Of a stretch of 64,000 bases of DNA, positions 27,540 to 37,768 are shown one piece after another. The translations under genes were made by a program, and so were the position numbers. The stretch is from Halorutilales archaeon Cl-col2-1 (lineage in GTDB: Archaea; Halobacteriota; Halobacteria; Halobacteriales; Afararchaeaceae). The stretch is taken from the NCBI GenBank assembly GCA_041891055.1, contig CP169074.1:1024001-1088000 (forward strand), given 5' to 3'. Position 1 is the first letter of the stretch. Every line of letters begins with the position of its first letter. The notes beneath the pieces are model-generated. The model saw nothing but the letters and a program-made list of their open reading frames with translations, made no database searches and was not told the origin of the DNA.

Positions 27540-28499
27540 TTACATATACCCGAGATCGCGGAGACGCTCCATCAGGTCTTCCTTGTCCTGTGCACGTCCG
27601 GCTCTCTCGGTCGTCTCGTCGAGGTTCTGTAGCCAAGCGGGCTCGTCGGCGCTCTTCTCGGTCGACACCTCGCTTCCGAGCGAACGGAATCCCTTGAAGT
27701 ACTTCGGGGAGACGGGGATGTCGTCGTGTTCGACTCCGTCGGGAAGGTCGTCGTATCCCTGGGGAACGTAGCCGTCTTCGGGGTATCCGTCGACCCACTC
27801 GGGGACTAGGAAGTTCCAGGTCGTGTCCCAGACAGCCTCCTCGTCGAACTGGAGTATCGGCTGGATACGGTCGTGGGGCGGGTACTTGTCGGAGTCGTGG
27901 CGCGGCGAGAAGAATGTCTCGTCGGCGCGTGCCTCCTGTTCGTCCCACCGCACTCCCGAGATTACGCCGTCGACGTCGTTCTCTTCGAGTGCGTCGTTGA
28001 GCGCGACAGTCTTGAGAAGATGGTTTCCGACGTAGGTGTCGAGGAGGAACGGGAAGGTGTCCTCCTCATACTCTAGCTTCTCGCGCACCTCTCTCTGGTT
28101 CTTCTCGTTGAGGTCGTCGACAAGTACCTCGTCGCCGGGCTTCTCGGCGTTGTCGGCGACATCGTCGTTCCGTGCGTATATTACGTCGAAGCCGAGTTGG
28201 TCGCTCCAGTCCTCGACGAATCCGAGTATGGAGTCGAAGTGCTGGAAATGGTCTATGAAGATAGCGGGAGGCATATCGTACCCGAGTTCATCGGCGACCT
28301 CCTTCACGACGTAGAGAGTGAGTGTCGAGTCCTTTCCGCCGGTCCACATCACAGCGGGGTTCTCGTACTCCTCGAGAGCCTTCTCACAGACATCGATGCC
28401 CTTCTCGACCTTGTCGGCGAGCGAGGGATAGTCCTCGGGGCTCTCACCCTTGCCGTCTGAGTAGTCTACGCTAACGTACTCCGGAAATCCGTCTGACAT
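27540..28499 (-). CDS. PAPS/APS reductase family protein
   Basis: MWTGGKDS PP-loop, SGVRWDE, GFRSLG. Confidence 0.85.
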   Translation of the reverse strand: MSDGFPEYVSVDYSDGKGESPEDYPSLADKVEKGIDVCEKALEEYENPAVMWTGGKDSTLTLYVVKEVADELGYDMPPAIFIDHFQHFDSILGFVEDWSDQLGFDVIYARNDDVADNAEKPGDEVLVDDLNEKNQREVREKLEYEEDTFPFLLDTYVGNHLLKTVALNDALEENDVDGVISGVRWDEQEARADETFFSPRHDSDKYPPHDRIQPILQFDEEAVWDTTWNFLVPEWVDGYPEDGYVPQGYDDLPDGVEHDDIPVSPKYFKGFRSLGSEVSTEKSADEPAWLQNLDETTERAGRAQDKEDLMERLRDLGYM

Positions 28500-28544
28500 G
28501 ACGCATGTTTAGGAGAGATCGGGATAAGTGAGTTGTGGTCTACT

Positions 28545-29846
28545 CTACTCGGCGACCTCCGAGTCGAGTCTCACAGAAGCCTCTATAGCGTCTTGCTTGA
28601 CCTTCTCCTCGTCGAGTGTCAGAACCTTCCGATCCTCCATCACGACTTCGCCGTCGACGACAGTAGCCACGACGTCAGTTCCCTTCGCCGAGTAGACGAG
28701 GTTGGATATGAGGTCGTGGTGTGGCGTGAGATGGGGCGATCCTACGTCGACTACGATCATGTCGGCGGGACGACCTCTTTCTATCACTCCCGCCTCGGTT
28801 CCGAGTGCGTATCCCCCGTTACGTGTCGCCATCTCGATAGCAGTCTCGGCGGGAACCGCGGCGGCGTCCGACTCGGTGACCTTCGAGAGGAGCGCGGCGC
28901 GTCTCGTCTCCTCGAACATGTCGAGGTTGTTGTTCGACGCCGCGCCGTCGGTTCCTATCGCGACGTTGACCCCCTTCGCGTCCATCAGGTCGACAGGAGC
29001 GGCTCCGGAGGCGAGCTTCATGTTCGCCGACGGACAGTGTGCTACGCTGACGTCCCTATCGCTCAGAAGCTCGATCTCCTCGTGGTCGAGATGGACGCCG
29101 TGTGCGACATAGACGTTGTCACCGAGTATCCCGTGGTTATCGAGATGCCACGCCGGACTCACACCCGTATTAGCTACCGAGTTCTCGACCTCGTTCTGTG
29201 TCTCGCTGAGATGTGTGTGGAAGACACAGCCGAGGTCGTCGGCTTTCTCCGAGGCTTCTTCGAGGAACCAGTCGTCACACGAGTAAGGTGCGTGGGGGGC
29301 GAGCATAGCCGAGACTCTGCCGTTCGCGGCGCCGTCGTACTCGCGGACGAACTCGACGCCACCTTCGAGCTCCTCACGTTTCTCGTCCTCAGTCTCCTTG
29401 TTCTCAGTGATCATTCCGTAGCCGAGGGTCGCGCGGAGACCCGCCTCCTCGACCGCCTCGGCAACCCTCTCCATCTCGAAGTACATGTCCCCGAAGGAGG
29501 TCGTCCCCGACTTTATCATCTCGAGCGCGGCGAGACGCGTTCCTGCGTAGATGTCGTCGGGCTGTAGCCTCGCCTCTATGGGCCAGATCTTCTCACGTAG
29601 CCAGGTTTCGAGGGGGAGGTCGTCGGCGTACCCCCTGAAGAGTGTCATAGCGGCGTGTGTGTGGGCGTTGACGAGCCCGGGCATCACGAGGTTGCCGTCG
29701 GCATCGAGTACTCTGTCGGCGTCATCTATGTCGCCTATCTCGACTATCTCGCCGTCACGCACACCGACGTCCTTCTCGGCTATCCTGCCGTCGGTATAGA
29801 CGTATCCGTTACGTACACAGAGATCCATGGCTGGAGTATCAGACAC
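28545..29846 (-). CDS. Amidohydrolase (MTA/SAH or 5'-deoxyadenosine deaminase type)
   Basis: PGLVNAHTH, APHAPY, HTHLSET, HCPSANMKLASG, GTDGAASNN. Confidence 0.88.
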   Translation of the reverse strand: MSDTPAMDLCVRNGYVYTDGRIAEKDVGVRDGEIVEIGDIDDADRVLDADGNLVMPGLVNAHTHAAMTLFRGYADDLPLETWLREKIWPIEARLQPDDIYAGTRLAALEMIKSGTTSFGDMYFEMERVAEAVEEAGLRATLGYGMITENKETEDEKREELEGGVEFVREYDGAANGRVSAMLAPHAPYSCDDWFLEEASEKADDLGCVFHTHLSETQNEVENSVANTGVSPAWHLDNHGILGDNVYVAHGVHLDHEEIELLSDRDVSVAHCPSANMKLASGAAPVDLMDAKGVNVAIGTDGAASNNNLDMFEETRRAALLSKVTESDAAAVPAETAIEMATRNGGYALGTEAGVIERGRPADMIVVDVGSPHLTPHHDLISNLVYSAKGTDVVATVVDGEVVMEDRKVLTLDEEKVKQDAIEASVRLDSEVAE

Positions 29847-29870
29847 TCATAGTTAAATCTGGGTACTACG

Positions 29871-31631
29871 CTACGGTGTCTCGCCCTCCCAGTCCGCCTC
29901 ATCGAGTGTGCTCTGTACTGCCTCCTCTCCGACTGCGCCTGCTAGCCTCTCGAATCCCGCTCTCTCGGTCCGGTCTGAGGCGTTCGCCACGAGACGTGAG
30001 ACTATGAACTCGGGGGTCGATCTGCCGACCGTCTCGAAACGCGGCTGGTAGTCGACCTCAAGCTGTAGGTCGTCGTCGAGACCCTCGGCGAATATGCCGT
30101 CGACACGGGCTTCTTCGGGCAGAGGTTCGAGGTCGTCGGCAAGATGTGTCACAAAGACACCTATGGCGTCGGTGTCTACGGTGAGACCCACGAGACCGTG
30201 TAGGAGACTCGCCGCACTTCCGGGCTCTGTGATCGCCTCGAACTCGTCGACGAGCATCAGTGTCGTCTCGTCGGTCGTGAGAGGCGGGACGATCGAACGC
30301 AGGGTGGATTCAAGAACCCCGGCGTTGAAGCTCGCATGTCTCCTGTGGAAGACGACCGAGTCGAAGTACGAGACCTCGGCGGACTCCGCGGGTACGGGGA
30401 GTCCCATATGTGCGAGAAGAACCGTCTGACAGACGGTTTCGAGGAGTGTCGTCTTACCTCCACTGTTCGCCCCCGTGAGGACGGCGACTCTGTCGGTCGG
30501 AACCTCCGATCCTGAGGTATCACCTACTCCGTACGTGACAGGCTGGACGTCTACGCCCTCGGCTGAGAGGCTGAGGTTACGTGCGCCGACGACCTCAGCG
30601 ACGTTCTCGTCGTCGGTGAACTCGGGACGTCTGAGATCGTACTCGTCGACGAACCGGGCAAGTGAGACGAGGAAGGCGAGTTGGTCAACAGTATGTACGG
30701 CTTCATCAATCTCGTCACGTGCCTCATCCAGTCTCGTCTCTATGCGCTCGCGAACCTCCTTCTCTCTCTCCTCGACGGCTTCTTCGAGTGTCTTCGAGAG
30801 GTTACGGAGAGTGTTTGTAACGAGGTCGGCGGCATCGACGGCGTCGTTGGGAGCGGCGGAGTAGACGGTATCGAGATCGACCCCAGTCTCCTCGGTAACG
30901 TGGTAGACGAACTCCTCCCTGAAGTCGTCACTCGTTCTTCTCCCGCCGGTATCGAGTCTCGAACGTACTGTCTCTACGAGGTCGAAAGCCGAGTCACGCA
31001 TCGAGTCAACGTCGTCCGCCTGAGCGCGTAGCTCGTCGAGTCTATCGTCGGTTCCCTCCCCGACTTCGTCTCCGTCTAGGTTTCCGAGAACACCGACCGT
31101 GTCGTCGAGAGTCTCGACATCGAGGCGCGAGATCCTCTCGAAGACTCCAGTCTCGTCTATCTCGGCGAGGCGCAGAGCTGTCTCGACAGCCGCTTTCCGG
31201 CTTCCGTCGGAGCCGTACTCGTCGAAGACCTCGGTAACCTCGCGGCGCTCGTCGTCGGAGAGGCTCGACCAGGACTCGGCGGAGTCGAGCACCTCGTCGA
31301 GTCTTTCCTCAGCCTCCGCCCTCGACTCGAAGGGAGTCATGACACGTATCCTGTTCTCGGCGTCCTCGGTGACAGCGTACCGGGTAACCACGTCTATGAT
31401 GTCGGTGTAGACGTCCCTCGTGTCACTCGTCTCTAGGAGGTCGAGAGCCGCAGACTCCGACTCGGTGGCACGTCTGAGTATACGCACGACACGTCCCCTG
31501 CTCACGCCGGCGTCTACGAGTGTCCTGACTTCGGCGTTCTGTATAGCCTCTATTGCTTTATCAGCCCCTATCTCCGACTCAAGCGTCTGTCTCGTCTTGG
31601 GTCCGATTCCCCAGTAGTCTTCGAGATCCAT
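29871..31631 (-). CDS. MutS-domain ATPase (archaeal MutS5-like) with N-terminal HhH
   Basis: YWGIGPKT, LTGANSGGKTT, LVDEFEAITEPG, FVTHL. Confidence 0.88.
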   Translation of the reverse strand: MDLEDYWGIGPKTRQTLESEIGADKAIEAIQNAEVRTLVDAGVSRGRVVRILRRATESESAALDLLETSDTRDVYTDIIDVVTRYAVTEDAENRIRVMTPFESRAEAEERLDEVLDSAESWSSLSDDERREVTEVFDEYGSDGSRKAAVETALRLAEIDETGVFERISRLDVETLDDTVGVLGNLDGDEVGEGTDDRLDELRAQADDVDSMRDSAFDLVETVRSRLDTGGRRTSDDFREEFVYHVTEETGVDLDTVYSAAPNDAVDAADLVTNTLRNLSKTLEEAVEEREKEVRERIETRLDEARDEIDEAVHTVDQLAFLVSLARFVDEYDLRRPEFTDDENVAEVVGARNLSLSAEGVDVQPVTYGVGDTSGSEVPTDRVAVLTGANSGGKTTLLETVCQTVLLAHMGLPVPAESAEVSYFDSVVFHRRHASFNAGVLESTLRSIVPPLTTDETTLMLVDEFEAITEPGSAASLLHGLVGLTVDTDAIGVFVTHLADDLEPLPEEARVDGIFAEGLDDDLQLEVDYQPRFETVGRSTPEFIVSRLVANASDRTERAGFERLAGAVGEEAVQSTLDEADWEGETP

Positions 31632-31688
31632 CCGTGTGTTACCGAGACGGTTCGTCGGGCTTAACCGTTTCGTGGTTCTACTTGGGTT

Positions 31689-32198
31689 ATGTACGAAGCC
31701 GTCGTCTACGACCTCGACGGGACTCTGATCTTGCTTGACGTCGACTGGGGCAGAGTCAGACACGAGATCTCGGAACTGCTTTCGGAGAAGGGAGTCGAGA
31801 CCTCAGCAAGCGTCTGGGAGATGTATGCCACGGCACAAGAAAGAGGGATCGATGAAGTCGAGGAGATCATAAGACGACACGAGGTAGAGGGTGCGAGGTT
31901 CTCGGAGAGACTCGAAACCGCCGACGAGGTCGAGTTCGACGTTCCGACGGGAGTCTGTTCGCTCAACTCGGAACACGCTTGTCGTGTCGGAATCGAGAGA
32001 CACGGTCTCGACTCAGAGATAGACACCGTCGTAGGACGTGACACCGAAGGTGTCGATGGCTGGAAGCCCGATCCCGAGCCTCTACTCGAAGCCGTCGAGA
32101 GGCTCTCGGTTGACCCCGACGACGCTCTCTTCGTGGGTAACTCGGAGAGAGATCGCGTGACTGCGGAGAAAGCAGGTGTGGAGTTCAGAAAGGTGTAG
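31689..32198 (+). CDS. HAD-family hydrolase
   Basis: VYDLDGTL, KPDPEPL, FVGNSERD. Confidence 0.9.
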   Translation: MYEAVVYDLDGTLILLDVDWGRVRHEISELLSEKGVETSASVWEMYATAQERGIDEVEEIIRRHEVEGARFSERLETADEVEFDVPTGVCSLNSEHACRVGIERHGLDSEIDTVVGRDTEGVDGWKPDPEPLLEAVERLSVDPDDALFVGNSERDRVTAEKAGVEFRKV

Positions 32199-32208
32199 TA
32201 TAGCTTAG

Positions 32209-32802
32209 TTACTCGTCTTCGTCTTCGTCCTCTTCCTCGATAGTCTCAGGCCCCTTGACGGCATCGTGAAGCGAGTCGAGTCCGTTGACCCACTCGCTCA
32301 CGAATCCGTACTCAAGGTCGTCATAGACCGTCTCTATCTCGAACTCCTCACCGTCGAGGATCTTCGCGCCCGCCTTGGCTATCAGACCCAGAGACCTGTC
32401 CATCTCCTCGTTATCCTCAGCCGACTTCGCCTCGTAGATGTAGTCCTCGACGTCCCCTTCGGAGTCTGCACCGTTGGTTATGTACTCCTCACACGAGACC
32501 ATAACGCCCCTGAGAGACGTCTGGACTCCGTCGAGCATCATGTGTTTGTCCTCGTCGTCGATCTCGACCTCGCTCAGAACTATCTCGGAGATATCGGCGA
32601 GCTCCTCGATAGCCTCTTCTGCGTCGATAGTACCGTCGTCTAGCTCCTTTACGAGCTTCGCACACGCTATAGTTACGTCGTCTTGAAGGTTGAAGAAAAG
32701 ACGCGCGCTGTCCTCGGACTCAGGATCGAACTCCTCGTCTCGTATCCGTTCTACCCAGTTGTTCCAACGTTCACGGGTGTAGAACCCCTCGTCTTCTTCC
32801 AT
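32209..32802 (-). CDS. DUF2150 family protein
   Basis: FYTRERWNNWV...NLQDDVTIA...EWVNGLDSL. Confidence 0.75.
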   Translation of the reverse strand: MEEDEGFYTRERWNNWVERIRDEEFDPESEDSARLFFNLQDDVTIACAKLVKELDDGTIDAEEAIEELADISEIVLSEVEIDDEDKHMMLDGVQTSLRGVMVSCEEYITNGADSEGDVEDYIYEAKSAEDNEEMDRSLGLIAKAGAKILDGEEFEIETVYDDLEYGFVSEWVNGLDSLHDAVKGPETIEEEDEDEDE

Positions 32803-32839
32803 ACGAACCAGATGTCTCTCGGACTAAAATCGGTTTCGG

Positions 32840-33829
32840 TCAGTACCTCCAGCCGAGCCATTTAGTCGCAGTGTCGCCCGGAGAGTTAGATCGGAGCCAG
32901 TCACGTGTACCATCCTCTGAGACGCCTTTCACCACCCTACTTGGCTCCGAGTTCCAGACGTACTTTGTGCCATCCTGAGCGAGACATCCCAACTCAACGA
33001 GATATCTGAGTACCTCGGATACGCGGTCTCCCGACCATCCCATCCGTTCGACGTCGTCGCACGAAAAGGTATCAGAAGTCGTCTCACGAAGCTGGGCGTA
33101 TTCGATGAGGTACGTTCCGTCTAAGATTCGTCTGAGACGCAGATTCTCGACGACGGAGTCCTTGAGCGAGTCAGGCACGGGGACTCCGAGAGAGACATCG
33201 TCGAACTCTGATCTCTCGACATGTGAGACGTAGTCAGTCGTATCGACGACTGTCGGGTTATCTATCAGACTGAAGGGCGAACAGCCGTTTCCGTCTCCTC
33301 TCTTCCCCTCGGGATATATCTCGCGGCTGTCGGAGACGATGTACTCGAAACGCTCGTAGCCCGTCTCCCTGTCAGGACTCGGAGCCGCGGCGTAGCCGTC
33401 GTCCCGTGTATCGAGGATTCCCTCGTCGACCATAGTCGAGAGAACTTCGCGTGTCTCTTGATCAGACCATCCGAGTGTCTCGGAGATCTCAGCGGCGTCG
33501 AATACGTAGTTCCCCACCGACTCAGATATCTTCTCACGTCTCCGCGCATCGTCGTCGTCCCTCGTCTGCTTCGCCTGTCTCAGAAACTCGACGCTTCCAG
33601 GCTGAGCATCGATACTATCGGTCGTATCCCGTTCTGATTCTGTGTCGTCGTTCTCCAAGGGCGACTCCCTCTCCTCTATCTCGTCTATTACGAGATCCTC
33701 CTCGAAGACTGCGTACTCGGTGAGAATACGTGACATCGCCGCAATCTCGTCTCTGAGATGGTTGGTGAAACGTCTCACAGTCTCTGAGTCGTCGTACGAC
33801 GAGAAGTCGGTGTATCTGACAGTAGTCAT
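32840..33829 (-). CDS. Hypothetical protein with two winged-helix-like repeats
   Basis: LGWSDQETREVLSTMVDEGIL and MGWSGDRVSEVLRYLVELGCL. Confidence 0.6.
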   Translation of the reverse strand: MTTVRYTDFSSYDDSETVRRFTNHLRDEIAAMSRILTEYAVFEEDLVIDEIEERESPLENDDTESERDTTDSIDAQPGSVEFLRQAKQTRDDDDARRREKISESVGNYVFDAAEISETLGWSDQETREVLSTMVDEGILDTRDDGYAAAPSPDRETGYERFEYIVSDSREIYPEGKRGDGNGCSPFSLIDNPTVVDTTDYVSHVERSEFDDVSLGVPVPDSLKDSVVENLRLRRILDGTYLIEYAQLRETTSDTFSCDDVERMGWSGDRVSEVLRYLVELGCLAQDGTKYVWNSEPSRVVKGVSEDGTRDWLRSNSPGDTATKWLGWRY

Positions 33830-33935
33830 GTACTTGTGCTATTTCCCCCCATCCACACATTACTGTCGAGCGACATTACTCTGTCGGCGCGTCGGAGTAC
33901 GGAACTCATTTGTCGTTACGCCGTCGATCTGTGGT

Positions 33936-35021
33936 ATGGAGAAAGTCACCGAGGGCGAGGTTACGGTACGGACGACCGACGACGTCTTCTACAACCCCGA
34001 CATGGAGATGAACCGCGACATCACGGTCGCAGTCCTCAACGCGGTCAGCGACGAGGACGACGACGGCGAGACGACCTACGCCGACGCGATGACCGCGACG
34101 GGGATAAGAGGCGTGAGAGCCGCAGTAGAGTCAGGCGTCGATGTAACTATGAACGACAGGAGCCCCGACGCCGTCGATCTCGCGCGGTCTAATCTCGAAG
34201 AAAACGACGCCGACGGCGATGTCGTGAGGTCGGACTCGAACGTCTTCATGTGGTCGAAGACCGCCGACGTAGTCGATGTCGATCCCTTCGGGAGTCCCGT
34301 AGTATTCGCCGACTCCGCCTTCAACTCAGCACAGTCAGTCGCGTGTTTCACGGCTACTGACACCGCACCCCTATGTGGAGCGCATTCAAGCGACAGGAGA
34401 AGGTACTCCGCGGTTCCTCTCAACACAGAGTACCATCCCGAGATGGGTCTACGTGTCCTTATAGGAGCCCTCGTGAGAACTGCGGCGAGACACGACGTCG
34501 CCGCCGAGCCAGTCTTATCACACGTCTCCGACCACTATGTCAGGACATACATGAGCCTCGACACCGGCGGTAAGGTCGCCAACGCCTCGCTCGAAGGACT
34601 CGGATACATCTCCCACTGCTTCGACTGTTACTACAGGACGTCTTCACACGGAATGATCTTCGATGGCGAGCGCGACTGTCCCAACTGTGGCTCCGAGATG
34701 AGGGTAGCAGGTCCCCTCTGGATAGACTCGGTACGTGACCCCGACTTCGTCGACGAGGTCAGGGACGAGATAGAGAGGTACATGGGTACGTATAAACGCG
34801 CGAGGAAGGTTCTACGTCTCGTGAGGGACGAGATAGAGACGCCGACACATTACGACCACCACAAGCTATCGAAGAAATGGGGCGTGACTCCGTACAAGAT
34901 AGACGAGTCAGTCGAGATGATCAGAGAAGCCGGCTTCGAGGCAAGCCGCGCGCATTACTCGGGGACTGCGATAAAGACAGACGCCGACGTAGACGAGCTA
35001 GAGGAGTTCATAGGAGAGTAG
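33936..35021 (+). CDS. trm1: tRNA (guanine26-N2)-dimethyltransferase
   Basis: VFYNPDMEMNRD, ATGIRGVR, DVDPFGSP, TATDTAPLCG, Zn ribbon. Confidence 0.93.
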   Translation: MEKVTEGEVTVRTTDDVFYNPDMEMNRDITVAVLNAVSDEDDDGETTYADAMTATGIRGVRAAVESGVDVTMNDRSPDAVDLARSNLEENDADGDVVRSDSNVFMWSKTADVVDVDPFGSPVVFADSAFNSAQSVACFTATDTAPLCGAHSSDRRRYSAVPLNTEYHPEMGLRVLIGALVRTAARHDVAAEPVLSHVSDHYVRTYMSLDTGGKVANASLEGLGYISHCFDCYYRTSSHGMIFDGERDCPNCGSEMRVAGPLWIDSVRDPDFVDEVRDEIERYMGTYKRARKVLRLVRDEIETPTHYDHHKLSKKWGVTPYKIDESVEMIREAGFEASRAHYSGTAIKTDADVDELEEFIGE

Positions 35022-35039
35022 TGTAGTATAGTATCAGTC

Positions 35040-37211
35040 CTAGGTGACGTGCTTCGGGTCGAGGAGACGTACGGGATGGCGCGTCTCGGGGTTGGGGCTG
35101 AGTAGGTCGTTCATCTGATCCTCACACGACGAGCCGCTCGCGACTACGTGGTCGGCGTCTTCGGGTTTCTGTATCTTCTCTCCGACGTCGACACTGAGGT
35201 CGTAGTACTCCGACTTATAGCCGAACGACCCTGCCATACCACAGCACTCGGCGTCGGAGGTCGTGACATCGTACCCCGCGGCTTCGAGGACTTCGACTGT
35301 CGGCTCTTCGAGTCCGAGTGTCCTCTGCTGACAGTGAGAGTGGTAGAAGACGTCTCCAGACCGGCGCACGAGACAGTTTCTGAGCGAGGGGTCTGAGTCG
35401 ATGATGTCCTCTATGTACTCGAAGAGTTCGTAGCTCCTCGCGCTTATCTCGGCGTACTCGTCCTCGGGAAGAAGCTTTTCGTAGTCGCTTCTGAGCATCG
35501 CGAGAGACGACGGCTCGACCACTACTACATCGGGATCGTGGTTCGACTCAGTCAGAGAATCGTGAAGACGTTCGGCTTTGAGTCTCGCGGTCTCGACCAT
35601 TCCCTGGGAAAGAGGTGCGCGTCCGGTCCCCGGGAGGTCGGGAACCACGACCTCGACGCCGAGGGATTCGAGGACACGTACTGCGGCTTTACCTCTCTCG
35701 ACGTTGATGTAGTTAGTGTAGACGTCGGGATAGAGGACGACAGTCTCGTGAGTCTCAGATGACTTAGGAGCCCGCGACTCGAACCAGTCTCTCAGAGTCG
35801 TCGACTCGAACTCCGGGAGGTCGCGTCGGGAGTCTACGCCTACACGGTCGAGTAGGTACTTCGCGGGACGGCTCTCGGCGAGGAGGTTAGAGACAGGTGC
35901 GGTCTTCGAGCCGATACGCGCGATCCTCTCGAAGTTGCCGAAGAGCAATTTACGTAGACGTGGAGTAGTCTCGGAGTCGTCTGCGGGAAGAAGACCCTCG
36001 TAGACGAAGTCGAACTCCGAGTCGTCGCCTCTGTTTATCCTGTCACGTACTGCGGTGTTTATCCACGGTATGTCGATCTTCACGGGGCATTTGTTGACAC
36101 ATCTCGAACAGCCCGTACACAGGTCGTTGAACTCCTCGGCGGAGTCAAGACCCTCGACGCCCGCTTCCCATCCCGTGGCGATCCCACCGGTGTAGGTCTC
36201 ACCGCCGAAGACGTGTCCTCCCGCGCTCTGGAAGTTGGGACACGTGTTGAGACACGCCGAACAACGGATGCAGTAGAGTGTCTCCCTCAGAACCTCGTCT
36301 TGTCTCATCTCCGACCGTCCGTTGTCGACGAGGACGAGGTGAAACTCTCGGTCCTCGGCGTCGGCGTCCTCGCCGAAGACGGGGCTGTCGAGAGGTGGGG
36401 TCAGAAGAGAGACGTACGACGTGATCGCCTGTCCCGTACCCGACCTTCCTATGAGCTCTATGAAGGGCTTCATCTCGGCGACAGACGGTAGTATCTTCTC
36501 GATCCCCGCGACTGCGACGTGTGTGCGTGTCGACTCTACGACCTTACGGGCGTTCCCCTCGTTGGTGACTACTGCGACTGTCCCCGACTCTGCGGAGACG
36601 AAGTTGGCTCCCGTGATGCCGACGTCTGCGTTGTCTATCCTGTCACCGAGGTAGTCGCTCGCGAACTCGGTAAGCTCCTCGGCGGTTTCGAGATCGTGAT
36701 CGAGGTCGAACTTGTCGTTGAAGAGACGTGCTATCTTCTGTCTCGACTTGTGTATTCCGGGCCCTATGATATGGGACGGCTCCTCGTCGGCGAGCTGTAT
36801 CACGAACTCGCCGAGGTCGGTCTCGTAGACGTCGACATTTTCTTCTTCGAGTGCGTCGTTGAGGTCTATCTCCTCGGTAGTCATCGACTTGCTCTTGACA
36901 GCGGTGTCCGCGTCGGCGTCTTCAGACACCTCGGCTACGTACCGACGGGCGTCTTCGGCGTCGTCTGCGACGTATACGGTGCCTCCGTTCGACTCGACGG
37001 TCTCACGTAGCTCCTCGATAAGTGACGGAAGCCGTTCTATGGCGTCCTCCTTTATCTCGCGAGCCTCAGATCTGAGGTCTTCGTACCTGTCGCCGAGTCC
37101 GTCTACGGCGGCGTCACGCGACTCGTTGAAATGGTGTGTGTTACCGTAGACTGCGTCGCCCTCGTCTTCGAGTATCCGGTTTATGTATTCGGCTTTCTCA
37201 GTATCACTCAT
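35040..37211 (-). CDS. LUD-domain Fe-S protein (LutB-like fused to CCG domains)
   Basis: KSKSMTTEE, ETDLGE, CIRCSACLNTCP, CTGCSRCVNKCP, CCGMAGSFG. Confidence 0.88.
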   Translation of the reverse strand: MSDTEKAEYINRILEDEGDAVYGNTHHFNESRDAAVDGLGDRYEDLRSEAREIKEDAIERLPSLIEELRETVESNGGTVYVADDAEDARRYVAEVSEDADADTAVKSKSMTTEEIDLNDALEEENVDVYETDLGEFVIQLADEEPSHIIGPGIHKSRQKIARLFNDKFDLDHDLETAEELTEFASDYLGDRIDNADVGITGANFVSAESGTVAVVTNEGNARKVVESTRTHVAVAGIEKILPSVAEMKPFIELIGRSGTGQAITSYVSLLTPPLDSPVFGEDADAEDREFHLVLVDNGRSEMRQDEVLRETLYCIRCSACLNTCPNFQSAGGHVFGGETYTGGIATGWEAGVEGLDSAEEFNDLCTGCSRCVNKCPVKIDIPWINTAVRDRINRGDDSEFDFVYEGLLPADDSETTPRLRKLLFGNFERIARIGSKTAPVSNLLAESRPAKYLLDRVGVDSRRDLPEFESTTLRDWFESRAPKSSETHETVVLYPDVYTNYINVERGKAAVRVLESLGVEVVVPDLPGTGRAPLSQGMVETARLKAERLHDSLTESNHDPDVVVVEPSSLAMLRSDYEKLLPEDEYAEISARSYELFEYIEDIIDSDPSLRNCLVRRSGDVFYHSHCQQRTLGLEEPTVEVLEAAGYDVTTSDAECCGMAGSFGYKSEYYDLSVDVGEKIQKPEDADHVVASGSSCEDQMNDLLSPNPETRHPVRLLDPKHVT

Positions 37212-37717
37212 TCTACCACCACTACCTCGGCGGTCGAGACACCGTGGACGCCCCTGACCGACTCGCCCATGTCACTCGTGGAGCTAACTCCCGTAGCGAG
37301 TACGACGTCGGTATCGGCGGAGTCGACGAGTTCGAGAGCCGTTTCGATGTCTTCCACGAGGTCGTCACGTCTCAGGACGGCGACGTGTCTGTCTGGATAC
37401 AGACTCACCTGGCTCGACCTTGCCTCCGAGGTGATGCCGAGAGTCCCGTAGGAAGCGACACCGAACTCCGCTCTCGTGATACCCGTGTCGGCGTCACGTA
37501 TCTCGTCGTCCGAAGGCTGGGTCTCGATATAGTCGGGGAGAAGAGAGCCATCGAGATCCGACGACGCGACCGCAGTCCCCTCGGTAGCATCGTCGACCGC
37601 GTCCGAGAGATCCGACCTCGGCACAGCCGTGACTCCGACGCCCAAGTCAGCGAGTCTCTTCTCGAACTCGTCCAAAGAAGAATCAGAGTCGGAGTCGGAT
37701 TCTTGTTTCACTACCAC
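37208..37717 (-). CDS. LUD-domain protein (LutC-like)
   Basis: ADTGITRAEFGVASYGT, SSTSDMGESVRGVHG. Confidence 0.85.
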   Translation of the reverse strand: MVVKQESDSDSDSSLDEFEKRLADLGVGVTAVPRSDLSDAVDDATEGTAVASSDLDGSLLPDYIETQPSDDEIRDADTGITRAEFGVASYGTLGITSEARSSQVSLYPDRHVAVLRRDDLVEDIETALELVDSADTDVVLATGVSSTSDMGESVRGVHGVSTAEVVVVE

Positions 37718-37768
37718 TACCTCTATGTAGGTCTACCGTCCGAGACGTCTTACGCGTTACGTGTTAGG

